Below the pieces are notes generated by a model. It saw only the letters and a list, made by a program, of their open reading frames with translations, had not been told where the DNA came from and ran no database searches. Source: Camelus ferus (lineage: Eukaryota). From it: a stretch of 64,000 bases of DNA. A program made the position numbers and the translations under genes. Positions within the stretch are counted from its first letter, which is position 1. Each line of letters opens with the position of its first letter. The DNA lies in assembly GCF_009834535.1 (NCBI RefSeq), contig NC_045696.1:22074001-22138000 (forward strand), in the 5' to 3' direction. Below, in pieces: positions 39,361 to 52,712 of this stretch.

Positions 39361-42300
39361 AAGAAGGCTTTTAAATTTTCTTAATAGTATCTCTAAGAGT
39401 ATATGAAGAGTTCTCCAAATACTAAAAAAAAATATATATATATATTATTGAAAGTGTTTGGTGTGCAGTTTATGTGCCCATGGATATCAATAGTTTGTCC
39501 CCAAGAATCATGTGGAATATGTTTCTTTAATCTTGATGTTGCCATGATAAATTCTGATTTTTTTTTTAATATTTATGAGTCATACTAAAAAGATGCTTAA
39601 TACTCTGGCAATGAAAAAGTTTGCCTGCCATTTGAATTTTGAATTGTAACATATCAATAGAGAGATTCTGTTACACCTTTAGATTAACTTTAATCATCTT
39701 GACTTTTATATTATGTAGGAAAGATCAAATGTTCCTTCAGTTAAAAAAAATGGGAATATCTACCTTAAGATCCCTCTTAGGACTTGTTTTTTAGAAATTG
39801 TTGTAGACACCAAATTAATATATTTAGATACTCTGTAGTAAAAGTCAAAATTATAACCATAAGTAGACTACTAAAAACATGTAGAATTAACTATATGACA
39901 TTCATTTTCCATTTAAAATCATATTGGTTATGACAGTTTTGCCATTGTACTCTCAGAATTGTAGTTGCTGAACGTGATAATCAGTGGAAGATCATGGATT
40001 TCCTGTAAGTTCCAAAAAGTATATATAACTGGCTTCGGTAAATATAGTAATTACGACTGATTTCAAAGGAATGACTTAAAAACATGATTCTTTTGTAAAT
40101 TTAAATTACCATGTCCTTAATTATGCTAGAGTGAAAGATCTGAATTTATGTTTTTTTTTTAGAAATACAGTTGGTCTTTCACATTATAGATTTTAATTTT
40201 AGATGGGCAGAGGCATTAGAAATGACTCAGCCCAAACCTGTATTTATACTGAGGGAAACTGAGAACTAGGTAGTTGGACTGTTCAAGGTTGCTAAAAACA
40301 AGCTGTTGTTATTTGCCAGGCACTGTGTACCAAGCACATTACATAGATTATCTTATTCCACTCAAAATAGCTCTGAGATGACTATTATTATCCATTTTAA
40401 AGTTGATGGAGCCTAATCTTCAAGACAAAAAATGCACTTTGAAGTTGCACGGCAATAAATGACAATGCTGCGCTTTGAAGCCTGGTCATCTGGTTCTAGT
40501 GTATGTGATTTTAATTCCATTGATCGATTGTCAGTAGTTATTTTACTTGATAGAACTCATATGAGAAACCTGTTCCCCTGAATCCTAATTGCTGACTTTG
40601 ATATTCCATCAGCCAGCTTTTCCTACCAATGCTTCCTGCTAAATCATCATTAGTGGTGTTCATGCTGTGATAGAATTTTTCTGCAGAAACCTAAACTTTC
40701 ATATTTGTTTTTCCAGTTTCTTTTAATAGTGCCTTTTAACTGGTTCTTCATCATTATATAAAAAATATACAGATACTCCTCAGGTACCATCTTTATGAAT
40801 ATTTCATCTCTGATAACATTTATCTCAATTATAAGCTTGTCATAAGTCCTACGTTGTTTAAAAAATAGTTGGCTTTATCTTAAAAGACAAAAATAATTCT
40901 CAATTTGAATTAGTATTGTTTCCTTTTATAGTCTATGTACACTCAAGGTTTTAGATTTTTAAATGCTAATTAAACCTTTATGAGAAAAATTATTTTAGAA
41001 TTAAATTTTCTTCCCAATTTATCTGAAGTCAGTGCTCACAAATAATACATTTCATATTTACTACAGGGATAAGCTTGTGCATTATAACCATTTTAATATC
41101 ATAAGATTTTTTTTAATCTTAGAAATTTTAGGGAAAAAGGAGGGAAATGAGAACCCAGAATTCCACAAAATTTCAGTTTTTATCAGTACACAGGTTTTTA
41201 AAAATCAGTGAAAACAATGTGATAATAAAGTAATCAAATACCTGAAAAATAACTAGGTATATTCTTTGTCTATGTCAACAAACCTTTTAAATGTTTTTGA
41301 AGTTTTCTTTCCCCTACCAAATTTTCAGCACAGTGCCAGTCAATAAATGTTAGATAAGAAAGAAGGACTTCAAAAAATATGACATTTAACTTTACTCATT
41401 TGATATAACTTTTTTGTAGAATGGTACTGTGGCTGTCCCTTGGTTTCTTAGCTTACAAATTGCTGAGTTTTCTCCAAAGCTTTCTATTCTTTTTTTAGCT
41501 AAGAGGCTAAGTTAAAAATTCTCTTGGAATTTTTAGGCTAGTTTTGAGTCCACAGTTAAGCTGAAATACTTCCCACCTTTGAATTGTTGCTTATGTCAGA
41601 TCAAAACTGGTCTAATCAAATTGTTTAAAACTGTGTGCATGCATGTATTTATAAAATGAAGATGGAAAAAGAAAGAAAGAACAAAAGACAGTTTAATCTT
41701 GTAGGAGAGATTTCATATTCTGAGCATGGTTCTAAGTTGCCTTTTTTCTGTGACTTTACAGTACTTAAAAGGAAGTAAGTACCTATATACATATACTTCC
41801 AAGCCGTAGGTGATACAGTTCAAGGACCTAAGAAATGCACTTTAAGGAGACTGATTTTTTTTGGAGGGGGATGGTTGTGGGGGGCACCTATAATTCACCA
41901 TTAGAATTAATTGTCTACTTCTAGGATTAGGAGATAGATGCATAAACTTCTTAATACTTACGGCCTGTCCTTGGCACTGAGACACTCTACACTTTTTATG
42001 CATTTATGATCAAATACAATAATATGCATCATAGTTCATGGTACTAAAATCTCTAAAGTTTTTTACTCACTGCCATTCCCTAGACTTTTAAGGCTGGGAG
42101 GAACGTAGCCCAGGGTGGTCAGGAGCCATAATAAAACTCAACTGTAATAAAACAATGTGAGAAATGAAACTAAAGATCAGGGGACGAGGCAGAGGTCCAG
42201 GGCTCCGATCTGTTACTTCATACTATCAGTTTTCATTTTGTGCCAAAACTATGCAAATAGTATTTTTACTTTTCTCTAATAATTGACTTCCTTTCTCTTC

Positions 42301-45300
42301 TGTGGAGACAAACTTTTTTATAGGACAGGATTGGTGCCTCTTATGCCAAAGTTTTCAGTGTACATTGATCTTGCTAGTTGATTAGTATTACCAAGGCTTA
42401 CTAGTCTACCTTGGACTGTATGAGCCATCTCAGACTTCATTCTCCCCTACTTTGTTGACCTTTCCAGGAACTTTTCTAGAAACAGACCCAAATGCAGATC
42501 CTTAGTAATCTTTCCAGCAAGAAAAATCTGAGGGTATTTTCTCTTGGTTGAGGCACTGGTTTCACCAGTGCTTACTTTTAATCTTTCTTCCTTGATTCTT
42601 TGTGCCTTTGACCGAAACACTGGTCAGTAGTCAGAGAGCAGTTTAAATGTCAATGTTAAATCCTTGATTTAGTTTGAATCAAGACTATATTAACTACTCA
42701 ACAGCTCTTGTTTTGTCTTGCTTCTGGCACACCAGCGTCTTTCCACAAAGTAAAGGCCCAACACTTTACTTGTGGTAGGGAGGCTGAATATTGTTAACTC
42801 AATCTGGCATTAACCTCTTTTCTCTTGTTTCCCATAATGGCAAACATTATATCTTGCTGTTCACTAAAAAAGCACTTTTAAGTATAAAGTGTAATATGAC
42901 TTTTAAACTTTAGCTTGGCTACCTTTGATATACTTAAAAATACAGATACGTATTTTTCTTTAACTATCTTTTAATGTCACTAAATAAATTTGAACACTTT
43001 TAAATGGCTCTGATAGTAAAACTTTAGTATTTGGACAGAAGTAGGGAGGGATGGAAGTGAAATGTAGGTTTAATTGATGATAACTTTAAATTATAGAATA
43101 TTTTTTAAAAAATTAAAACTAGGCTTGTAACAACATCTAGTTAAGATCTGTAACTTAACTAACAACCCACATCTGAGGAGCCAGATTCCAGATTCCTATC
43201 TCTTGTCCTAATTATGGTGACCTCTTTTTAGTTACTCCCAACTTGTTCTCCCTTTAACTTTATTAAACTTTCTAATTTTAAAGTTTAGGATGAATTTAAA
43301 AGATATTGAGTTGCAACTAGAAAAATCAGCTACAGAGAGGCCTTTTCAGTAATAAAAGGTTGTACCATGTTGAAGACAAACTATTTGAACTGCAACTGTA
43401 ATGCTCTGGTGATTCCTCTAACCAAGGAGTTTGAACTGGAAGGGATTTTAACAAAATGAGACAGTGTATACTGAAGATGGGCACGCACCAGATCTCATGT
43501 GGACTTATTGCCAGAAAGCTATAAGAATTTTCAAGTTTCTGACCCATCTCAGGACATAAAATGTAATGATTAATGCTACTGCTCATTATAGATACTTTAG
43601 ATGTTATAAACTTAGAAAAACTCTTCCCTGCTTTCTCCCAGCCTCTGTTTGTGATGGGCTAACATGGTAATTCCACCTTCCACATACCTTTACAAGGAAG
43701 ATTGCTTTCCTTCAGCCAGTACGTCTCCATTGCTCCACTTCTGCTCTAGTGGTGAAGCATGGGGGCCCTGGACTCACACCCTTGAATCCTGACCCTGCCA
43801 TTAATTAGTTGGGTTTTTGTGGCAATCCAGATACCTAAGTATTGTGTCATACTGGTTCTCAAATGTTACCAGTAAGAACAGTTTTATATTTTTATTTCTT
43901 AATCTTGAAATTGTTGTGCCAGAATCTAAGTCAAAAGGCTGAACTGCAGTTGTTGCCATTTGTTCCAAGAATACTTGGCAGTGTAAGCAGTGGCGCTCAG
44001 ATTTCTTTGTTTGCTCTTGATGCTCAGAGTGAAGCTGCAGAGTAATGGTAGCATAGTGATTAGGAGGACAGGTTCCTGATTCTGTGCCCCTGAGGTCCGG
44101 AAACTCCAGGTTGGGGGTGGGAGGGTGCCGTGCAGGGAGCACACACACTCCAGAGCCTGACTGTCCAGATTCAAATCCCCATTTACTAGCTGTGAGACCC
44201 CGAGCAAGTTACTTCTGTGTATTATTATTCTGTCAATTCAGCTAGAAGTATATGCCCATCTAAGTTTTAAATAGGAAAGGATTAATATTTATTTTCTCTT
44301 ATTTAGTAATACAGTATGTGGCTAAAATGCCTGTAGAAGTGACTAGGATGGTTGGAAACCCTTACTTTACAACTGATTTTTAAGCATCTTGGAGCATTTA
44401 TCATAGCTAAACATTTATGGAGGTCTCCCATCAGGACTAAGAGGTGAGTAGTAGTATCCTCATTTATATGTGGCGAAACAAAGACTCTGAGGTCAAGTCA
44501 AGCTGCCCTAAAGTCATATAGATAGTAAGTAACAGAGAAGAGATTCAGATCAGGTTTCTGATGCCAGAGCTGTTGTAACCACTGTGAGAAATGGACATTT
44601 CTCTCTTTTACCTTTGCTATATTCTAAGTTTTAAATTGTAGACCAGCCCCTCTGTGTTGATAGCATTCACTTGTTGGTTTTCCTAATGCCTGTGATTAGT
44701 CCTGATCATCTTTTCATTTTCTTTTTTTTTTTTTTTTTAACATGTTGGCATACTCTGTCCTAGGCCTTCCGTCCTCACTCTTTGGGCTTTCATGACCTTT
44801 CATATGCTGATAACTAGCAGGTCTCCTCCTGCCTCCTCCTTGCCCCCAAGTGCACACCTATATATGCAACTAATTTGTGGACATCTTCACTTGTATACCC
44901 CATAGGTATTTCAACTACATTTCTAAATTTAAACTTTTATTCCACCGATACCTCTTTTCAAAATGAATGAATAAATAAATAAGTGAATTCCCCCTCCATC
45001 CCTGCAGCCAAAAGAAAAAAAAAAATGTTGGGCTTGGAGTGAACAGTGGGGAAGGTAAAGACATAAATGCCTAGCTAAAATATATGCAAGGTGGCGCCAA
45101 AGAAAGAACCTGCCTTCCCTGAGTCTTAAAAAGTTACTTCTCAAAGCAGCCTTCCCTGCCCTTCAGGGTTCCTTTCCCCCACCACCATCAACCCCAATAT
45201 ACTTTTCCTCATAGCACCCTTTGCTTCCTGGCACTTGCTCTAATTTGTTACTACAGTTGATTCCATGTTTGTTTAATGTGCTCCCCCTCCCCCATTTGTT

Positions 45301-48300
45301 AATTCTGTAAGGACATGGATTAGAGTCTGTTTTATTTACTAATTTATAACCAGCAGTAGCACAAGGACTGGCAAGAAGTAATAAATGAGTGTTTGAGGAG
45401 TGAATCAGTCTAAAGGAGACTTTAGAGGGCTGTCTTTCTTAAATTTTTTTCCCTTACACTTGCCCGCAACAGAACTCTTTAGCAATTTTTCTGTCCTTTA
45501 ACAGAGTTTCCTGAGATCTTTCTGGAGTCTACTAAAAGTTTTATGAATCTTACTAATGGAAGAACTTTGTGTCATATTCAAAAGAAAAATGTAGCAAATA
45601 ATACTAGTAGTGATATCTGGTTATCTTTTGGATAAAAAACAGACATAGTATTTTTTCTCCAAACATAGAGCAAGAAGTTTTATACAGGGCTGTGTTTAGA
45701 ATGGGAGTTTGTAGATTCATCTACACACTGCAGCTCTTGTTATGCTGAACACCCCAGCAAAGAGCTGTTTGCTCACAGTGATGACCCCGAGGCATTTGAT
45801 GATCCTGAGTGCTTTTTAAATCAATGATAAAAGTAGGTTTTTTTTTTTAATCAGTGATTTAAAGTTGAAAACAAAGAACCAGAATGTACAACCCGGAATA
45901 TCTTATTAATAGAAACATAATTATAAATAAAGGATTTGTTAGAATAGATAAAAGTGACATTCTGGTTCAGATTCATAATTCATTCTCCCAGTGTGTTGAC
46001 AAAGATGAAAAGAAATGTTTTATGAGACACATGGAAACAAATTAAATCTAGAATGAAAATCTTTCAATTCAAAATGAAAAATATCTGTTCTCAGTAACAG
46101 GACACACTTTTCATGATTAAAATAATTTATATTAACTGTTATTAGAAAGTTGATATAGAGAAATCATCTACCCAGGAATAAAGGGTAATTTTTCTATTAC
46201 ATGCAAAATAAAACTGGCCTGTGAAGAAAGAAGACAAAGTTAAGTTTCTCTCCCCACTCTGGAAGAAGTGAAATATCACTCTCTAGTTGGGAGAAGCTAG
46301 TCCAACTGTCAGACACCTAAGGGATTTACACTTTTAGGTAAGTGACTTACCAAATAATAGTCAGGTGTTGTTTATCAGGTACTGTATGCTTTACATTCAT
46401 TATTTTATTTCATTCTTAATTCAACTATATGAGGTATGTGCTACGTTATCCCAATTTGATAAATGGGGAAAATGAGTAGAGTCTGGGGAACTAGTCTGGA
46501 TACACAGCTTGGAAGTTCAAACCTAAGTTCTCTGATTCCAAAGAGTCCAAGTGCCTAAATCATTTTTGCCTCCAAAGAAAATTGCATGAACTCTTAAGAA
46601 TTTAGGAGATATTAAGTAACTTTTAGGCAAAGTTACAGATGAATTACACAAATGTGACTGTTCAAGCAAGAAACAAAGTTTGGGTCCCAAGAAATGCTTA
46701 CTTTTTACAAGTTAGTTCTACCTGTGATATTATTTGATTAATACACATTTGGTGGAATAGCCAAAAATAGATGTTTCTGATGAGCCAAGAGACTGGGATG
46801 ATGCAATCTCCATATAGATTGTAATCTAACAAGCTATCTGTCAGGAAAGTATAGTCTTTAGAACTCTTGGGTTGGATTGATAATGATCAGAGAGGAAGGA
46901 AGAACTAGGAAGAAGCGACACGCACGGCAGTCTTGCTAGTTCCTGCCCAGAAGGGTTGAGGAAGGTGAGCTGTAGACTGACATTTGCCACAGAATCTTGC
47001 AAGTGTCAGCTGGTAGTGAGACAATGGTTCTAACACTGCTCTCTGTCCATTCAACCATCCAGGTGATGGAGGCTAACATACTTACCCTCATTAGTCTTCC
47101 TCCCAAGAGACAATAGAGTTCTAAGTAAGTAGAAGCAGACAGTGCAAACAAAAGTGAAAATGTCAGCGCCGATCCTGGAATTGCACACTGTCTCCTTTTT
47201 GTTCATCCACCCCAGTAGCTGAGCCTGGAACACTTTCTAGAAAGAGAGAGAAGAGACAGGTGGTAAGACAGTGTAACTTTATATAGCACTTTAGATGTTG
47301 GAAGGTGCTTTTACAGCACCTTAAATTTAAACTCCACATTATGAAGGAAATGAACATTAAGTGTAAATTTTAAATATGGTAATACATGAAAAATGTATAA
47401 GTGATTGAAACCAAAGTGGCTAAGTAACATTGTAGAATTATCAAAATGTTATCAACTATAGTTAGAGTGGATTTAAATTATTCTAATCCAATTTGGCACA
47501 CCATCTGTTAGGATTCTGATAAGGGGAATTAACCCATTAAACCCTGAGCCTTGAATTCATAGCTTGTAACAAGGGAAGACTCTTTATATACAAATAATTC
47601 TAAACTAGTGTATTTCCGTTAAATACTATTTCCATTAGCTTTTTGGCATTATTGTCTCAACTGTATAACAATAAGGCAAAATAATGATTTGTGTGTATAT
47701 CCATCAAAATCTGAATCTCAGAATTTAAAGCTATGTTCATAGCAATTCTTAAACGCATTCATTCAGGAAATATTAATTGAGCAACTGCTACGTTCTGGTA
47801 GTTGTTCTGGTAGCTAAGGATAAGACAGTTAACAAAACAAATCCCCGCCATTGTGAAGCTTACATTAGAAAAGGAAAAAGACAATGGAATAAATAAATTA
47901 TATGGTATAGCAGAAGGCAGTGTAGGATTATTTGTCTTTTATGAAGTATAAATTCGATCAGTGATACATTTTTCCACGTATTACCTTCTTTAAAATTCAC
48001 ATTTAGTGTTCGTTTTCTAAACGATATGGAGATTAAATTTAATAGTTAAAAGCACTTTCCTACCTCTAAAGTACTATACAAATATTAAATGACACCTTTA
48101 CTATCTAATAAACTCATGATAACTGGTGGAATAATATCTACAATGAATTTAATGAGTGACAATTGCTAGTCTGTTTTGAAAACAGCCCGTGTGTTCAGGA
48201 CGTTTTGGTGGTATTGGAGGGGACGTTTTCAGAATTAGCATGAAGTACTCTTTTATTCATACTTTTATAGTTTTGTCTTCAAATATTAAAGAGGTATTTT

Positions 48301-49469
48301 TAAGTTTCGGGGACACTAAAATATTTTAAAGCTTTTGTTTTATTACTGCTTTCTCACTAACACTTTGTAGTATTTGCCATGAGAACATTTCTGTTATTTA
48401 TTATTTAAGTATCCTTTTTAATCTTGACCATATTACTTTGGCCCACCATATTAAATTTAAATTCAATGTCAATCAACATTTTGGCTATTTTTATACTACA
48501 AAGTAGAATAAATACAATATAGTAAAATACAATTCCTACTTAGTGTATCAGTCCTCCAGAAAACTGTTTTAAGTTTACCAGTGTATTTATTAACCAAAAG
48601 AAATAACAGTCATAAGTATCTGGGGAAAGAAATTAAAATCTCACAATTCTCAGTTGAGACTAATTATAGAACAATTTAATGCATCTCACAGCCTCTCTTT
48701 GCTACCGCTGACTCTCAGTTCATTTATTTACGCTCCCCCCATTCATTTTACCTTATACTGACACATCATCTTGCCGCCCTGTAGTTACCTTCTCCGTAAC
48801 CTGGCAGGTTGACCAAAAAGATGATTACAGTGGCAGAAATGCTAGTGTCTATCATATTTAAAAGAAAGGAAAACATCAAGGGAAAAAGCTTTCCTCTCTT
48901 TCCCTTAAGCCTTAGTTGTTGGAAGAGCAGCGTTCACGCAAGGTCTCCTATCTCTCCCAGCTTACTCTGCAGCGCCCCTGCAATTTGCCCGCCTCCTTTG
49001 CTTTCACTGGTGACTTCCTGGTTGTCAGCACAATAGTTTCAGGTTCTGGCCATTTTCAAAATCTGCCGTTTAACATTTCCCTCTTTCTTGAAACACTCAG
49101 CTTCCTGGGTTCTGTGATAAATTAGCTCTGGCGTCTTATTTCTGCCCACTTTTCTTCCAAGTTTCGTTGCCTACTACGGGTCCCTGAAAAACTAGCGATT
49201 CCTTGAATTCTGTCCCTGTCTGTCTGCTCATACTGCACTCCTCTGTTTCTTTCACTGCGTTGGTTACAGCTACACCCTCTGTAAGCTAGTGGAACTCCAG
49301 AAACATACCACAGGCTAAATCTTTCTTTTAAGCACCAGACCTCTACATCCAGCTGCCTGCTAGACCTCTCCATTTAGATATCCTACAGATGTCTTGAATT
49401 TAAGTTTCTCAAACTAAATTTATCTCCTTACTTCCACATACACATGCATTTTTATTTCCTTCCTTTTTG

Positions 49470-49610
49470 GTTCCCATAGAATTCCAGGTCCCATACCCCA
49501 AAGATTTTGTTTCAGTAGGTCTACAGTTGAGTCTAGGAATTTGTATTTTAACAAGTGTCCAGGTGACTCTTGTGCAGGTGGTCTCGGGACCAAATTTTGA
49601 AAAACTGCCC
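49470..49610. mobile_element. MER5A-like hAT fragment within L2 sequence
   Basis: TTCAGTAGGTCTACAGTTGAGTCTAGGAATTTGTATTTTAACAAGTGTCCAGGTGACTCTTGTGCAGGTGGTCTCGGGACCAAATTTTGAAAAACTG. Confidence 0.65.
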
Positions 49611-52504
49611 TTAATGAATGAATGGTTCCAGGTTCTTCAAGACTTTCCATGTGTAGGTGCAGTGATGAATTATGGCTGAAATCTTATCTGAGCTCTGCTT
49701 TTCAAGCTGTGCGCCCTGGCAGGGATGGGTTTTCAATTTGCAAAGACAAATTGGCCTGTGGACTTGCAGCAGCCCTGCTCCCTCACAACTTCCCTCTCAC
49801 CCCCCACCTCCATGCAGTCTGTCCCTGAGTCCTGTTAATTCTTCCCAGTCTGTTCCTGACTTTTCATTCCCACTGCCACACCTTTGCCAAGACCTTTATT
49901 CCTTCTCACCAATCAAGACCCACTTAATCCTTTTCATAGACTATATCTCTGCTTTCCCCATCACTGCCCCACACCACTAGTTGTCTCTCAGTATCACCAG
50001 AAAAGTCTTAAAGTGCAAATCTGATTATGCCATTCATTTTCTTAGAACTCTATTGATTCCTTACCATTTTCTTCAGGTTAGGCTGTTAACTCCCTCACAT
50101 GACATGTAAGACATTTCATGACCAGCTGTCTTCTTAACTGGCTGCCCTCATCTTGCATTACCCACTTCAAAGGCACTCTGTCTCCTTTCCTCTCATTTCC
50201 TCCCTTTCTTTCTTATTTCCACACTTTTTGTTTATCTAGTTCCGTCTGTCCTAACACCATTTACTTCTTCCTCCTGATATGCAACTGCTTAACTTTTGGA
50301 GTACTTACACCAAACAGAGGTGATAATAAATTACACCATCACCTATGTTCACAGGGCTGCTGTGATGAATATAGAAGCGGAATATGGTATATGATACAAA
50401 TGTTAGTATTGATTCAAATTGAAATACAGAAAGGTTTTGTTTTCATCTCATCTAAAAAGATGAAATTCTACTGAAAAGATCACTATGATTCATTTGTGTA
50501 TTGAACAACTCCTCCTGTGCCAGAATAATTCAGTGTTTTATGTACATTGACGAGGTTTGAATTTATCCTGAGTTTACCTTTTTGTGATTTGGTTTTTAGT
50601 AGGTTTTTCTGCCCTGGCGTCCGTAATTTCCTTCAAGTAGCAGCTGCCCAGCAAATCCTTTCACCACAGTTCTTTTCAGCAGTATGAATTGTGTTCATTT
50701 ATCGGTGTCTTTTTCCCTTACTCCCTCTGAAGTCTGTGGGTCTCCATCTGCAATTCCCAGATAAAACTATACCATGGTGATCATCTTACTTCAGGGGAAG
50801 GGGACTTCTTTCATTTGAAGATTAAATACTTTTCTTTGCTAGATATATCATTAGCCTAAGGAAATTCCCAATCTTAAAAAAAAAATTTCAGAATATTAGG
50901 ATATTTTAGATATGTGTGTCTTTTACCATTTCAGTATTGTAATCTTTTTTATTTTACTTAGTTCATTGGAACATACAGTACAACACCTTAAAGCCTAACT
51001 TGTCTTGGGCTAAGGAACATTACGTTCTTTCCCAAAACAAAATATTTCCTTATGGGCATTTTTTTAATGTTTTTAATTTTCACTGTTTAAAATGATAAAA
51101 GACTTTGTTTCTCCCATAATAAAGTTTCCTTTTTTCATTGAAAAAAAGCATATTACAGGAAAGTCAAAATATAGGAAGCAAAAACATTAAAGATTTATAA
51201 TCTCTCCTATCTACTAATAATCTCTTAATATTTTTATTTTTCTAAGTTATTTTCCACAGTAGAATGTGTGTGTAGTAGTAAATTGTGTTTAAAAAGTGAA
51301 ATCAGGCTCTATATACCATTTATGTCTTTTTATTTAATGTATCAGAAACATCTTTCATGTCAATAGGTAAAATTCTACCATGTTGATTTTTTTTAAAGGT
51401 TGCATTGGACCGTAATTTTAAAAAGTATTTGTTTCATCATGGAAAGATTTTATTGTACATTAGTTCTCCAAACCCTTTGTTCAGATCAAAGTTCTTTTTA
51501 CTCTGGACTTGCTATGATGCAGTTATAATACATAGCCACAATATTCCTATTTTAGCATTTTGCAGTATGATTCATCAGTTACTGCTTTTTTTTTTTTTAA
51601 GCTTTAATTTTTCTTATCCAATGGTTGGTGAGTTGCAGTGATTATTTCCTATCAGTCTTAATTTTTACCATTTACTACCAGTAGTAGTAATTGAATTATA
51701 AAAGTCTTTAAATTCACTTGCTAGTGTATCTCTTTATTAGATGCTGCTATAAAGCATTTATATAAGGAACAGTCAACTAGAATTTCAGGAATAGTGATTC
51801 AGATGTATGCAAAGAAGTTGAGATGCAAAACCAATGTTTTATAAATAATTACAAGACAGCTTTTCATTTTGTATTTCTTATTTTTAAGAAAATTAGTCAG
51901 AACCTTAACTGGGCAGACAGCAGTTCAGGAGATAAAGGGCAGAGTTCATATGGCTAGCACATTTCTTACTTTTGAACCATGAATTTTCTTTGTCACAATG
52001 GTTTATTCCAGGCTATCTTTTGTTTAGGTAAATGTATCTTTTCGACCTTGCCTGTTTTTAGGAAGGTTTTTCCACTGCCACCCCCTCCTCCCCCTGAAAA
52101 TTACTGTCTCCATATGTGTCACGTATAAGTGGATATTTAAAACTAATAACTCAGTCATATTTTAAATAACTTGAGTAGCTTTTTTTAGGAGTCGGTAATG
52201 ACAACTTTATGCACAGAAAAAATTTTAGAATAAATCTTGTACATTCAGAGCTATTAAGGAGAAAAAATTAAACAAGTAGAGGGTTACTTGTAACCCAATA
52301 ATTGGATTATTGACAAATTTTTTTATACTATAACTTTTAATTTTTTGTGCTACTTAAAAAGTATAGTCTAAATAAAATATATTTTAATGTGCTAGTGAAA
52401 CAAATCTAGCTTTTATGTTCTGTGCCTCTGCGGGCTTAGTATCTCAAGGCTAGCTTCCATTCATGTTCTTTTCCAGGTGCCTTCTTGTGCTTCATCAGCG
52501 ACCT

Positions 52505-52712
52505 AGGGACACGCTGCCCCATCGAATTTGGTGACCTAGCCACAATGTGGTTATTTATATTTAAGTTAATTAAGATTAAGTTAAAACTCCCATTCCTTGG
52601 TCACACTAGCTACATTTCAGATGCTCAGTAGCCACATGTGGCTAGTGGCTACCATTCTGTATAGCACACATAGAGAACATGTCCCTCTTCACAGAGAGTT
52701 GTATTGGACATT
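52505..52712. mobile_element. MER3-like hAT element
   Basis: CACACTAGCTACATTTCAGATGCTCAGTAGCCACATGTGGCTAGTGGCTACCATT..AGAGAGTTGTATTGGACA. Confidence 0.7.
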